Assembly (NCBI GenBank): GCA_039921625.1
Contig: JBDSBL010000088.1
Coordinates: forward strand, 1-46,155
Direction: 5' to 3'
DNA from: Chitinophagaceae bacterium
GTDB taxonomy: Bacteria; Bacteroidota; Bacteroidia; Chitinophagales; Chitinophagaceae
Length of the DNA stretch: 46,155 bases
Shown here: in pieces, positions 29,260 to 38,571 of the stretch
Numbering within the stretch: the stretch's first letter is position 1
Layout of the letters: the number at the start of each line of letters is the position of its first letter
Notes under the pieces: generated by a model
What the model was told of the DNA's origin: nothing
The model's input: only the letters and a program-made list of their open reading frames with translations
Database searches by the model: none
Program-made: the position numbers and the translations under genes

Positions 29260-30225
29260 TTATGAGATGCCTTTCATTTTCTTCACAGCAGCCACCATCT
29301 TAGGCACTATCTCAAAAGCATCACCTACAATTCCGTAATCTGCAGCTTTGAAAAATGGTGCTTCGGGGTCTTTATTTATAACGACAATTGTTTTGCTGCG
29401 GTTCACACCTGCAAGGTGTTGAATAGCCCCGCTGATACCTACTGCTATATAAAGGTTTGGAGCAATGGCTACTCCCGTTTGGCCCACATGTTCATTGTGA
29501 GGGCGCCAATGAGCATCTGCTACCGGCCGGCTACATGCTAAGGCAGCGCCTAAAGTTGCCGCAAGGTCTTCTACCATCTTCCAGTTTTCCGGACCTTTTA
29601 ATCCCCGTCCGGCACTAACTACAGTTTCTGCCTCAGCAAGAGAAATGCTTCCGCTTGTTTTAGTACTGTCAATATACTTCACTTTTGGCTGATCAACCGT
29701 AGCTGCAAAAGGAACTACTTCCGCCGTACCGCCCGATTCAATCACTGAAAATGCATTTACATTCAGAGATATTACCTGCATATCACTCTTGACTAAAAGG
29801 CGGGCAAAGGCTTTACCGGAGAATACATTCTTCTTAACGATGAAACCATTTTCAGTGTCTGGCAAAGCTACTGCGCCAGATACAAGACCGGCTTTTAACC
29901 GTACGGCTAACCTTGGTGCAAGAGATTTGCCAGCGGCATTGTTGGAAAAAATAACAGTTGTTGCCCCAATTTTTTCAGCAACTTCTGCAATTACTTTTGT
30001 ATAAACTTGCGAATCAAAATGGTGCAGGATCTCATTGTCTATCTGGTAGATTTTCTTCACACCATATTTGCCTAAAGAAGGGAGGTCGTTAGTATAAGTA
30101 CCCAAGATCAAACCTTCCGCCACCACGCCCATTTGCTCTGCAAGCTTGGCACCGTAAGACATTGTTTCCAATGAGGCTTTTTTGATTTCCCCTTCTGTAT
30201 GTTCTATAAATATTAAAACACTCAT
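29260..30225 (-). CDS. etfA: Electron transfer flavoprotein subunit alpha
   Basis: VVSAGRG, SRPVAD, VGQTG, GISGAIQHLAG and INKDPEAPFF. Confidence 0.97.
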   Translation of the reverse strand: MSVLIFIEHTEGEIKKASLETMSYGAKLAEQMGVVAEGLILGTYTNDLPSLGKYGVKKIYQIDNEILHHFDSQVYTKVIAEVAEKIGATTVIFSNNAAGKSLAPRLAVRLKAGLVSGAVALPDTENGFIVKKNVFSGKAFARLLVKSDMQVISLNVNAFSVIESGGTAEVVPFAATVDQPKVKYIDSTKTSGSISLAEAETVVSAGRGLKGPENWKMVEDLAATLGAALACSRPVADAHWRPHNEHVGQTGVAIAPNLYIAVGISGAIQHLAGVNRSKTIVVINKDPEAPFFKAADYGIVGDAFEIVPKMVAAVKKMKGIS

Positions 30226-30281
30226 ATCAATTAAATAGTTATCAGTTAAAACTTGAAAATGGCAATGATGCCTATTTATTA

Positions 30282-31025
30282 TTAGATCACTCTTGCTTCT
30301 TCGTGCAGCAACCGAACGAGTTCTTCTACATTATCCGGAGCTATTAATTTTACCCCGGCTTTAGCAGGAGGTAATCCAAATTCTGCTACGGTGGTTAAAG
30401 AATCAACTGCTACAGGCTCTACTACTTTTAATGGTTTGGTTCGTGCTGCCATTATACCCCGCATATTTGGAATGCGTGCTTCTGCCATACCTTTTTGGCA
30501 ACTAACCACTACCGGTACTGCAACTTCCACAGTTTCTTCACCATCTTGCACTTCACTTTTTATGGTTGCCGTATTTCCAGATATTTGAAAACCACTGGCA
30601 AGAGCCACATACGGTAGGTCCAGCATCTCTGCCAGCATGCCACCAAGTGCTCCATTGTTATAATCAATAGTTTCTTTTCCTGTGAAAATAATGTCGTACG
30701 CACCGGTTTTTGCAACGGCTGCTATTTGGGCGGCTGCAAAATAGGTATCTCCCGGTGCTGCATTTACACGAATAGCTTCATCTCCTCCAAGCGCTAATGC
30801 TTTGCGAATGACCGGGTCTGCATCCGGACCTCCAACAGTTATTAAATGAATAATAGTAGCAGCATCTGCTTCTTTTAATTCAATGGCCCGAACTAGGGCA
30901 TACCATTCATCGTACGGGTTAATAATCCATTGTACCCCAGCTTCGGCAAATTTCGTGTTGTTATCCGTGAAGGCTATTTTTGCCGTTGTGTCGGGTGTTT
31001 TACTGATACACACCAATATTTTCAT
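30282..31025 (-). CDS. etfB: Electron transfer flavoprotein subunit beta
   Basis: MKILVCISKTPD, INPYDE, ALALGGDEA and RIPNMRGIMAA; TATATTTG promoter at 31069-31076. Confidence 0.97.
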   Translation of the reverse strand: MKILVCISKTPDTTAKIAFTDNNTKFAEAGVQWIINPYDEWYALVRAIELKEADAATIIHLITVGGPDADPVIRKALALGGDEAIRVNAAPGDTYFAAAQIAAVAKTGAYDIIFTGKETIDYNNGALGGMLAEMLDLPYVALASGFQISGNTATIKSEVQDGEETVEVAVPVVVSCQKGMAEARIPNMRGIMAARTKPLKVVEPVAVDSLTTVAEFGLPPAKAGVKLIAPDNVEELVRLLHEEARVI

Positions 31026-31116
31026 ATAGTCTATTTTAACTTAGTTGCTTATGCAACCAATTTGAGTACAAATATAGGTGCAAACCGGGCGCAAACATAA
31101 CAACGGAAATGAATCC

Positions 31117-31428
31117 ATGGACAGAATAGAAAAATTAAAAGAATTTTTAGTTTCATCACCCGACGATGCTTTTTTAATGCATGCGCTTGCCTTGGAATAT
31201 GTGAAAAAAGGGGATGATACCAGGGCCAGAGCCTTGTTTGAAAAGCTATTGCAAAAGGATGAAAATTATGTGGGTAGCTATTATCATTTGGGTCTGTTGC
31301 TGGAGCGGCAGGGTGAGGAAAAATTAGCCGCCTACTTTTATGAAAAAGGAATGCAAATAGCCAAAGCCACAGGCGAAAGTCATGCCTATAATGAGTTGCA
31401 GGCTGCCTACGAAAACCTAGTATATTAA
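31117..31428 (+). CDS. Small tetratricopeptide repeat protein
   Basis: P.D.F..HALALEY..YVGSYYHLG; start moved to ATG 31117. Confidence 0.85.
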   Translation: MDRIEKLKEFLVSSPDDAFLMHALALEYVKKGDDTRARALFEKLLQKDENYVGSYYHLGLLLERQGEEKLAAYFYEKGMQIAKATGESHAYNELQAAYENLVY

Positions 31429-31442
31429 CTTAAAAAATAAAA

Positions 31443-32771
31443 TTGCTTTCATCCTTTATTCTATTTTTTGAAAAGAGAAAATTGCTTCACCCCAAACCGG
31501 ATTTTTTAGTGGCGGTAAGTGGTGGTATTGATTCTGCCGTATTGTGCGAACTTTGCCACCAGGCGGTATTTGATTTTACTATTATTCATTGCAATTTTCA
31601 TTTGCGTGGCGACGAAAGTATGAGGGATGAAGCCTTTGTAGAAAGTCTTGGAGCAAAATATAAAGTGCCTGTAATTATAAAACATTTTAATACGCAATCA
31701 TTTGCAATGGAAAATAGCCTTTCCATTCAGGAGGCAGCCCGTGACCTGCGGTACCAATGGTTTGCAGAAATAAAAGCAGAGCGAAAAGCCAGTTGTACTT
31801 TGCTGGCGCACCATGCCAACGATAATATAGAAACGGTGGTAATGAACTTTTTTAGAGGCACCGGATTAGATGGTCTTTCGGGCATGCCGGAAGAAGTGAT
31901 CAAAAGTGATTGCCTGCGGCCACTATTAAAATGTACCCGAAAAGAGATTGAAGAATTTGCATATACCCATCAGATAGATTGGGTGGAAGATTCATCAAAT
32001 GCTTCAAACAAATACACCCGTAATTTTTTTAGAAATGAGGTGATACCAGCTATTCAAAATGTGTATCCGCAAGTGGAAGAAAATATAGGCAACAACATTG
32101 ACCGGTTTAAAAAAACGGCCAACCTATACCATCAATTAGTAAGCGAATTAAAAGAAAAATTAAATAAAGGAATTCCGCCGGAAAGCAGGTATCCCGCCAA
32201 ACAATTATTAGCGTACCGCCACACCGCATTGATCTTTGAAATAATAAAGGAATTTGGTTTTAGAGAAAAGCAAGTAGAAGCGGTAGAAAAACTTTGTAGT
32301 GGCGAAAGCGGTAAGTATATTGAAAATGAATTTTTCCAAATTATTAAGCATCGTGCCTGGCTGGTGATAGCTCCAAAAAGGGAATCGGCTAATACTATTG
32401 CGATAGAAAAAGAAGAAAAAGAAATCAGATTTGAGGGAGGTTTTATAGAAATAAAAAAAAGTAAAAAAGATAAAGGGAGGTTGCAAAAAGCGCCGCAAGT
32501 GGCTCAGGTAGATGGATCCAAAATTGTTTTTCCCCTACTAGTTCGGCGCTGGCAAACAGGCGACTATTTTTATCCATTGGGCATGCCAAAAAAGAAAAAA
32601 TTATCTCGGTTCTTTATAGATCAAAAACTATCTAAAATTGATAAGGAAAAGGTTTGGGTAATGGAATCGGGCAAGCGAATTGTATGGGTGATGGGCTACA
32701 GAATAGATGACCGTTTTAAGATAACAGACCAAACAAAAGAAGTGTTGGAAATAACTATAACCAACCCCTAG
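31443..32771 (+). CDS. tilS: tRNA(Ile)-lysidine synthetase
   Basis: AVSGGIDS PP-loop, AARDLRY, AHHANDNIET, EDSSN..YTRN and TilS_C motif RRWQTGD; TTG start. Confidence 0.95.
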   Translation: MLSSFILFFEKRKLLHPKPDFLVAVSGGIDSAVLCELCHQAVFDFTIIHCNFHLRGDESMRDEAFVESLGAKYKVPVIIKHFNTQSFAMENSLSIQEAARDLRYQWFAEIKAERKASCTLLAHHANDNIETVVMNFFRGTGLDGLSGMPEEVIKSDCLRPLLKCTRKEIEEFAYTHQIDWVEDSSNASNKYTRNFFRNEVIPAIQNVYPQVEENIGNNIDRFKKTANLYHQLVSELKEKLNKGIPPESRYPAKQLLAYRHTALIFEIIKEFGFREKQVEAVEKLCSGESGKYIENEFFQIIKHRAWLVIAPKRESANTIAIEKEEKEIRFEGGFIEIKKSKKDKGRLQKAPQVAQVDGSKIVFPLLVRRWQTGDYFYPLGMPKKKKLSRFFIDQKLSKIDKEKVWVMESGKRIVWVMGYRIDDRFKITDQTKEVLEITITNP

Positions 32772-33402
32772 AGTGCATATAATATTGGATGCTGGCAAGG
32801 CCATTTTGCAATACAGGGAAATTAATAACCTGGCAGGCCACCAAGGTAAAAACCAATCCGTAAACTGCTCCCCAGATATGTGCTGAATGGTTAATGTTGC
32901 CTTTGCCACTGCGACCCATCATTATTGAAAAAATCATATAAAGTGGTGCAAAAACAAAACCTGGCATTTTAATAAAATATACATACAGCTCTATGGTAGG
33001 CACCAACAACAAGCCGGCAAAGATGACCGCACTTACTGCTCCTGAAGCACCAAGACTTCTATAAGATGGATTATTTTTATTTTTTAAATAAGTTGGTAAT
33101 AAAGAAAAGAAAAGGCCGGAAATATAAAGGAGTAAATAAAGCCATTTGCCATTTGCTCCAAACAGATCTTCAAAACTACTTTCCACAAAACGACCTAAGA
33201 AATATAACGAGATCATGTTAAAAATAAGATGACCCCAATCTGCATGAATTAATCCACAAGTAAAAAAGCGATACCACTGATTTCTTTGCGTTATGGCAGG
33301 AGTATAAAAAATAAGGTCATTGATAACTTTGGGAGAAGAAAATCCACTGAAGGACACAAGAGCCGTGATAAGAATAATGATAACCGTGATGGATAATTGC
33401 AT
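32755..33402 (-). CDS. Rhomboid family intramembrane serine protease
   Basis: WYR, HADWGHLIFNM, GASG (catalytic Ser) and HSAHIWG (catalytic His). Confidence 0.93.
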   Translation of the reverse strand: MQLSITVIIILITALVSFSGFSSPKVINDLIFYTPAITQRNQWYRFFTCGLIHADWGHLIFNMISLYFLGRFVESSFEDLFGANGKWLYLLLYISGLFFSLLPTYLKNKNNPSYRSLGASGAVSAVIFAGLLLVPTIELYVYFIKMPGFVFAPLYMIFSIMMGRSGKGNINHSAHIWGAVYGLVFTLVACQVINFPVLQNGLASIQYYMHSRGWL

Positions 33403-33438
33403 GTATGATTGTTACGTTATAAATAGTTTGTACTACTG

Positions 33439-33912
33439 CTATTGATGATGGTATTTTTCGTTTCGCAAAATACTGCAGGCCCGGTACAATTGTTCTGCTA
33501 AAATAAGCCGTACCAACTGATGTGGAAAAGTTAATGGAGAGAGCGACCACATTTGCTTTGCCTTTTGCAACACCAAGTGGTCAAGGCCATAAGCTCCCCC
33601 AATTAAAAAAACCAAATTGCGGGCACTTTCATTGGCTCTTCCTTGTATAAATTGACCCAGGCCTTTTGAGGAAAAAAGGTGTCCCTTTTCATCTAATGCA
33701 ATAAGGTAATCTTCCGGTTTTAAAAGTTGAAGTATACTTTCACCTTCTTTTTTCTTTTGCTCTTTTTCGCCTAAGCTAGCGGCATTTTTTATTGGAGGAA
33801 TGATCGTCCATTCCACAGGATAATATTTTGAAATTCGTTTGGTGAAATCCTCAATGCCCATGGCTACATAAGCTTCATTGGGTTTGCCAACAGACCATAG
33901 GGAAAGTTTCAT
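33439..33912 (-). CDS. rlmH: 23S rRNA pseudouridine(1915)-N3-methyltransferase
   Basis: LDEKG, FLIGGAYG, SLSPLTFPHQLVR, EQLYRA and YHH. Confidence 0.96.
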   Translation of the reverse strand: MKLSLWSVGKPNEAYVAMGIEDFTKRISKYYPVEWTIIPPIKNAASLGEKEQKKKEGESILQLLKPEDYLIALDEKGHLFSSKGLGQFIQGRANESARNLVFLIGGAYGLDHLVLQKAKQMWSLSPLTFPHQLVRLILAEQLYRACSILRNEKYHHQ

Positions 33913-34231
33913 TTGTTTATTTGATTGGCCTTGTTAGGAATGTTTTTCCACAACGAAGATTATACATTATGTCGAAACCATTATAACCAATCGATTTTTC
34001 TTTTTAACGAAATTCTAAACATTATCCAAAAAAACTGTTTTGAAAAAAAAAGTTTGCTGTTTAAAATAAGATTAGGATCAACTTTAATCCGATCCAAGGT
34101 TGAAATGTAAATTATTGGTGGTGGCAATAAAGATTATTAAAGTAAATGGTATGATTCTTTATAAATAGGTAAAAAGCGATATTTACTTCTGCAAAGGCTG
34201 TTATGTAAAGACGTTTTAAGCTATAGAATCT

Positions 34232-35707
34232 ATGATCAAGCGTGGAATATTCTTTCTGTTTTTCTTTGGTTTTCTTTCCTGTGCCCAAGCTCAGTCTGTA
34301 TCAAAAAATACGGTTGTAGCAAAGGATTCTGTTGTTGCATCTATTAGCAAACAATACAGCGATCCATCCTTTTTACGCAAAATATTTTTAGGCTCCAATT
34401 ACCGGAAGACCTGGGAAACTCCGGTCCGTTTTCCTGTGTTTCATTTAAAAGAAAAGGGATTTACCATAAAGGATTTGGGGGGTGGCATGCAAACCAAATC
34501 GCTACGACTTGAAGATAAAAATGGCGAGGAATGGGTATTGCGCTCTTTGGAAAAGGATGTGGAAAAAGCAGTACCGGAAAAGGTGCAGGGTACTATCGGT
34601 CAAAAGGTGGCTCAGGATATGGTGTCTGGTTCCCAACCATATGCACCACTTACTATTCACCGTCTTGCAGAGGCAGTAGGGGTCGTTTCAGCTGATCCGG
34701 TTTATTATTACATTCCTGATGATCCCGCTTTTGGTGACTACAGAAAACAATTTGCAAACACCGTATGTATGTTGGAGCAACGGGAGCCCACACCTGACAA
34801 TTCTGAAACGGACAATACTGAAAAACTGGTAAAGGAATTATTGGAAGGAAAAGATCATATGGTATGGCAGGAAAACCTCCTAAAAGCCCGGTTGCTTGAT
34901 ATGTTGATTGCAGATTGGGACCGTCATGCCGACCAGTGGAGGTGGGGTAAGAAAGAAACTGATAGCGGCACTTATTTTTATCCTATACCCCGCGATCGGG
35001 ATCAGGCCTACTTTGAATCGAAAGGCTTGCTGGTAAAAACAGCGAAGTTTTTTTTATTGCATTTTTTATCAGAATTCAAACCAAAGGTTACTTCTTTTAA
35101 AGCCTTAAATACAAAAGCATGGAGTTTTGATGCATATTTATTAAATGATCTTGACAGGAAAGATTGGACGCGAATCACAACAAATTTTCAAAACCAGTTA
35201 ACAGATGATGTAATACACGAGGCAATCTTGAAAATGCCTGCTCCAATTTATGCACTAGATGGTCTTGAAACTGAATCCATTCTTAGAGCCCGCCGGGATC
35301 AGTTGCTGAAAGGTGCCTTGAATTATTACGATGATCAAGCGAGGTCCGTATCCATTATTGGCAGTGAAGATCCTGAACTTTATCATATCACCGGAGGCAA
35401 AGACAGCCTTACTGTAATGGTGTATAATTTATCCTCAAAATATAAGAACCTGGTAATGTATCACCGTACTTTTTTGCCAAAAGAAACTAAGCTTATTAAG
35501 CTAATGTCTTTAGATGGTGATGATCAATTTGTAATTGATAAATCTGTTTCGTCTAAAATAAAATTTGAAATTGATGGAGGTCAAGGCAACAACATTTTTG
35601 ATCTAAAAGGAAACGTAAAAACTGAAATTTTTTACAGTAACGAAACGGCAAAAACCTACTTAGAAATTTTAAAAACTTACTTACGCATTGGCATTCGATT
35701 TATTTAA
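34232..35707 (+). CDS. Secreted hypothetical protein with atypical kinase-like motifs, resembling the central region of Bacteroidota metallophosphoesterase-Omp85 fusion proteins
   Basis: Signal peptide ending AQA; GGGMQTKSLRL, WVLRS, LLDMLIADWDRHADQWRW and PIPRDRDQAY. Confidence 0.65.
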   Translation: MIKRGIFFLFFFGFLSCAQAQSVSKNTVVAKDSVVASISKQYSDPSFLRKIFLGSNYRKTWETPVRFPVFHLKEKGFTIKDLGGGMQTKSLRLEDKNGEEWVLRSLEKDVEKAVPEKVQGTIGQKVAQDMVSGSQPYAPLTIHRLAEAVGVVSADPVYYYIPDDPAFGDYRKQFANTVCMLEQREPTPDNSETDNTEKLVKELLEGKDHMVWQENLLKARLLDMLIADWDRHADQWRWGKKETDSGTYFYPIPRDRDQAYFESKGLLVKTAKFFLLHFLSEFKPKVTSFKALNTKAWSFDAYLLNDLDRKDWTRITTNFQNQLTDDVIHEAILKMPAPIYALDGLETESILRARRDQLLKGALNYYDDQARSVSIIGSEDPELYHITGGKDSLTVMVYNLSSKYKNLVMYHRTFLPKETKLIKLMSLDGDDQFVIDKSVSSKIKFEIDGGQGNNIFDLKGNVKTEIFYSNETAKTYLEILKTYLRIGIRFI

Positions 35708-35736
35708 AAAAAAACAAAAGCCTTTGTAATTTTTTT

Positions 35737-37611
35737 CTATTTAATAAACGATTGACTTATTCCTTTTTTACCAGAAGTAATCACGACCACATATTTCCCG
35801 TGCGCCAATTTCTCTGTATTTATTTCAAATGTATTAGACCCACTATAAGCCTTTAATTCTGTAGAAAACACAGTCACTCCACCACCATTTATCAATTGAA
35901 TTTTTACTTCCTCTGCAGCATCCGTGAGGTACGTTACGATTACCTTTTTTGATTGAGCAAGAGAATAAACCTGTAATAAGGTAGTACGTTCTTTTAAGGT
36001 AATGTTTGCTATTTCAGAATACGTGCAACTTCCAGAGTTGGTGCAATAGTTGACCCGGTAATATAACTTTTGATCCTGCGGTAAATTATTGTCAGTAAAA
36101 TGATATGTTGCTTTATTCCGCTTTGTTTCTTCTTTTCCAATGACGGTAAAAATTGCACCATTCACCGAACGTTCCAATATAAAATGGCCCCCTTCCGGTG
36201 CGTCACTCGCAGTCCATGCAATGTCCATTCCTCCAGCATTCTTTTTTAATGAAAGGGGAGAAAATGTAAGAGGCAAAACTGCATTAGCCATTCCTAAATA
36301 TTCTTTACGTGCAATAACAACTGTCGTGTGCGTATTGAAAATTATGCTGGCACCAGTCGCATCTATTTGGCTTGCCGTGTTGGTAGTATTGGGATGTTGC
36401 ACCGAAAGGAATAAGAATTTATAATCCGGTGAAAATGTAATTCCAGTTGGTTCAGAACCTTCCGGTAAGGTTGCAAATAACCGGACGCCTGGATTGGCTG
36501 CAGTGTGTGTGGGACTTACTACCCAAATGTAATGCAAGCCTCCATCTTGAAGCACCCACAAATTTCCTTCCCCATCAAAGGCCAGGTTATCAGCACCCGT
36601 GCCCCAGGGTATGGGTGCATACGGGCCACTGCCATCTACATCATAATCCGTTGATTCTACAAATACTTCTAATGAAGAAACCGAATTGCCGTCATCTGTG
36701 AACCGGTATATTCTGCCGGAAGTAGTTGCCGCAAAATATACTTTTCCATCCGGTCCTATTTCAATCCCTTCCACGCGGTTAAAATTATATCCACCTGCGA
36801 TGGTAGCTAATGAAGCTGTCGTGTTTCTCTCTCCTTTTGTGGTATTGGCAACTTTTTTCCATGTACCCGAACCCAGGCTCCCCGTAGTTTGTAGCACATA
36901 CAAATTTCCTGACGAAAATTGCCCGGGAACATCTGGCACAAATTTATAAACATAGCCGGTGGTGCTGTTATCGGCACTCCAGTAGGCTGCCGTTTCATTT
37001 TGGTTGATGGCAATGTCTTCATGCATTTCTCTACCAAGTGCCCACAGTTTATCTACCCCTCCTACACCATCCTGATTGATCACGGAATGCGTAGCAGGAT
37101 CTATTTCAATCATCCAACCAAGGTCCTGATATCCATCTCCATTATCATCTAGGTTGGGTGTAAATTCTTCACCTATTATTATTGTATTTCTGGCAGTGAC
37201 GGTTCCGGCACAAAACGCACCTACTTGTCCAATATCGGGTACTGGAAAAGATACCTTATTGCCACTTCCAATATTCCAGGTTTTAGTTGCAATATTCAAC
37301 GATATAGATAGTATAGCACACTCTGCGGGATAATCTTCACTGCTAATAGATAGATAACCATTGGAACTGCTTCCGGCAATTGGAACGTAACCGGTAAAGT
37401 CCAGATTACGACCAAGATTGCCACCTCCTGATAGGGCGTCACCGGTGCGTATGATGCGTTGAAATGTATGGGTGGATGGCAATACTAAATTTTGTGTTGG
37501 TGCTGTTGGTTGTACCGAATTGAATGAGCCTATATTTTGCCCATGCACTTCGGCAATGAAAAAGGAAAGCAAAAAAGAAAGAATGATAACGTAAAGCAGC
37601 TTGCACTTCAT
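35737..37611 (-). CDS. PhoX-family alkaline phosphatase with Ig-like domain and T9SS C-terminal sorting domain
   Basis: CAGTVT...GEE, LGREMHE, RVEG, ADNL and EPTGITFSPD..FLFLSVQHP; VLPL..W..FILERS linker; CTD ending LAHGKYVV...SFIK. Confidence 0.85.
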   Translation of the reverse strand: MKCKLLYVIILSFLLSFFIAEVHGQNIGSFNSVQPTAPTQNLVLPSTHTFQRIIRTGDALSGGGNLGRNLDFTGYVPIAGSSSNGYLSISSEDYPAECAILSISLNIATKTWNIGSGNKVSFPVPDIGQVGAFCAGTVTARNTIIIGEEFTPNLDDNGDGYQDLGWMIEIDPATHSVINQDGVGGVDKLWALGREMHEDIAINQNETAAYWSADNSTTGYVYKFVPDVPGQFSSGNLYVLQTTGSLGSGTWKKVANTTKGERNTTASLATIAGGYNFNRVEGIEIGPDGKVYFAATTSGRIYRFTDDGNSVSSLEVFVESTDYDVDGSGPYAPIPWGTGADNLAFDGEGNLWVLQDGGLHYIWVVSPTHTAANPGVRLFATLPEGSEPTGITFSPDYKFLFLSVQHPNTTNTASQIDATGASIIFNTHTTVVIARKEYLGMANAVLPLTFSPLSLKKNAGGMDIAWTASDAPEGGHFILERSVNGAIFTVIGKEETKRNKATYHFTDNNLPQDQKLYYRVNYCTNSGSCTYSEIANITLKERTTLLQVYSLAQSKKVIVTYLTDAAEEVKIQLINGGGVTVFSTELKAYSGSNTFEINTEKLAHGKYVVVITSGKKGISQSFIK

Positions 37612-37943
37612 AGCAGTAGATTTTGTCCGGTTTTTTACTAAGCTAATACTAAAAGTACCGGCACTGTTTTAAAAATAATCAGACCGCTAATTTATTGGAG
37701 CACCAGTAAGTATTTAGCTTATTATTTTTTTTATGTTTTTCGTCAAACCATTTATCATAATTGCACATGTAAAGAACACATTGTATTTTCATATTAAATC
37801 TTTTAATCTGCACCATAGGTAATTTAAATTTCATCTCTATTTATTCGATAGTTTTTCTCCTTACCAACATTACATCCATCCCCATCAAAGCTTATTCATT
37901 CCTCCGTACAGTTATTTGTTTTTAAATTTTTAAAACAAAAAAT

Positions 37944-38519
37944 ATGTCAGATTGGAAAGGTATTGTCGGCAAAAGTTTTTCTCCCACAGGCTTTGATACG
38001 TATTGTCACGAACTACAATGGACAGCATGGAGGCCCTCATTTATTGTGTTGCACAACACGGCCATTCCATCCCTTGCTCAAAGGCCTAATGGATTGACGC
38101 TGCAACACATAAAAGGCCTTGAATCTTTTTACAGGGATGTGCAAAAATGGAAAGGAGGCCCGCATTTATTTATTGATGATAAACAGATCTGGGTATTTAC
38201 ACCTTTGACATTATCCGGCACACATTCTCCTTCATGGAACAAGCTGGCATTGGGTTTTGAAATGCTGGGCAATTATGAAACGGAAGCATTTGACAGTGGT
38301 CGCGGGTTAAAAGTGCGAAAAAATGCAGTCGCGGCTATAGCAACTCTTAGTGGTGTATTGGGCATAGATCCGCATACATTACGGCTGCACCGCGAAGATC
38401 CGTTGACTACTCACGCCTGCCCTGGAAAAAATGTACGCAAGCTGGAGGTAATGCAGGAAGTAATGGATCTTCTTATTGCAAGGCATGCAGGAGAACATCC
38501 AATAAAACCCGTTGCGTAA
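37944..38519 (+). CDS. N-acetylmuramoyl-L-alanine amidase (Amidase_2/PGRP, T7-lysozyme-like), no signal peptide
   Basis: Zn ligands IVLHNT (H37), LRLHRE and HACPG; GPHLFID, GTHSPSWN and GFEMLG. Confidence 0.85.
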   Translation: MSDWKGIVGKSFSPTGFDTYCHELQWTAWRPSFIVLHNTAIPSLAQRPNGLTLQHIKGLESFYRDVQKWKGGPHLFIDDKQIWVFTPLTLSGTHSPSWNKLALGFEMLGNYETEAFDSGRGLKVRKNAVAAIATLSGVLGIDPHTLRLHREDPLTTHACPGKNVRKLEVMQEVMDLLIARHAGEHPIKPVA

Positions 38520-38571
38520 AAGAAGTATAATTATAAAGTTGGGTTTATTCAATTATTTAAAAATTTAAAAT

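Noticed and set aside
33439-33912. rlmH (orfX) as an SCC-like integration site
   Set aside because: Its 3' end abuts the rhomboid gene 36 bp away, with no inserted element or recombinase.
37944-38519. Prophage lysis cassette
   Set aside because: No holin, spanin, structural or integrase genes anywhere in the window.
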